From contig CM075977.1 of the NCBI GenBank assembly GCA_038087875.1, positions 121,892,001 through 121,956,000 of the forward strand: DNA of 64,000 nt, read 5' to 3'. Source of the DNA: Malacoraja senta (taxonomy: Eukaryota). The position numbers were made by a program, and so were the translations under genes. The notes beneath the pieces are model-generated. The model saw nothing but the letters and a program-made list of their open reading frames with translations, ran no database searches and was not told the DNA's origin. Below are positions 63,420 to 64,000 of the stretch, one piece after another (within the stretch, counting starts at the first letter, position 1; every line of letters starts with the position of its first letter).

Positions 63420-63690
63420 CATGGAACTGCAGGTGCCAGAATCTTGCAGAGAACACAAAGTGTTGGAGTAATTCAGTGTGTCGGATTCAGAAGATAGACA
63501 CAAAAAGCTGGAGTAACTCAGCGGGACAGGCAGCATCTCTGGAGAGAAGGAATGGGTGATGTTTGGGGTTGAGACCCTTCTTCAGACTGATTCAGAAGTC
63601 TGAAGAAGGATCCCGACCCAAAGAGTCACCTATCCACAACCTCCAGAAATGCTGCCAAACCCGCTGAGTTACTCCAGCGGTTTGTGTCCA
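63420..63690. mobile_element. Old PLE terminal-repeat pair with a younger 95-bp unit (63494-63588) inserted
   Basis: 10-bp direct repeat gattcagaag at 63484-63493 and 63589-63598. Confidence 0.8.
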
Positions 63691-64000
63691 TAACCAGGAA
63701 CTGTTTTGCCCTTCACCTTTTCAAACAAATTAAATCAATGATGAGTTGTTATCCATTTAACGACGCTTCCCTAAAAAGGTCCAGAGAGAAAAAAATAAAA
63801 TAAACTGCCTTCAGTTGGTTAATTTGTCATTAATACCATGATCCTAGAATTTGTGTAGCAATGATTAACAAATGGAATTTCTTCAAACGTGATCACAAAC
63901 TCTAAATATAATATTTATGCACCACTGAGTAAATGGTTCAAAAAATTCCAGTACATTTATAAGGATGACAGCAAGATAATTTTCCTGACCGCACTAAAGA

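Overview
This is eukaryotic, repeat-dominated vertebrate DNA. HE1-type tRNA/V-SINEs and the CR1, Penelope-like (PLE) and Rex repeat repertoire point to a cartilaginous fish, probably a skate or ray (inference). I found no convincing host protein-coding exon, rRNA, tRNA or CRISPR array, so the window looks intergenic or intronic. There are three N gaps. The centrepiece is a decayed ~13.8-kb endogenous retrovirus (21625-35458, TG...CA, 4-bp target-site duplication GCCC). Its RNase H, integrase and atypical Env look foamy/lokiretrovirus-like. Nested inside it are two hAT MITEs, a deleted HERO-type retrotransposon, a near-complete DIRS1 element (gag, RT/RH, methyltransferase-like domain, tyrosine recombinase), a PLE hairpin, a Rex tail and a CR1. 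The most unusual signal is in the HERO 3' region: all three hammerhead-ribozyme core strands with perfect stems I and III, in a non-circularly permuted (pseudoknotted) order, next to a 118-bp terminal direct repeat that starts inside the ribozyme. Also present: a dozen or more PLE minimal-hammerhead copies, a composite minisatellite-bearing Helitron, a P-like MITE, a CpG-rich Harbinger MITE, an L1 with a canonical TSD, and predicted splice signals in the DIRS element. Family names come from motif recognition by eye, not database searches, and fragment boundaries without TSDs are approximate.
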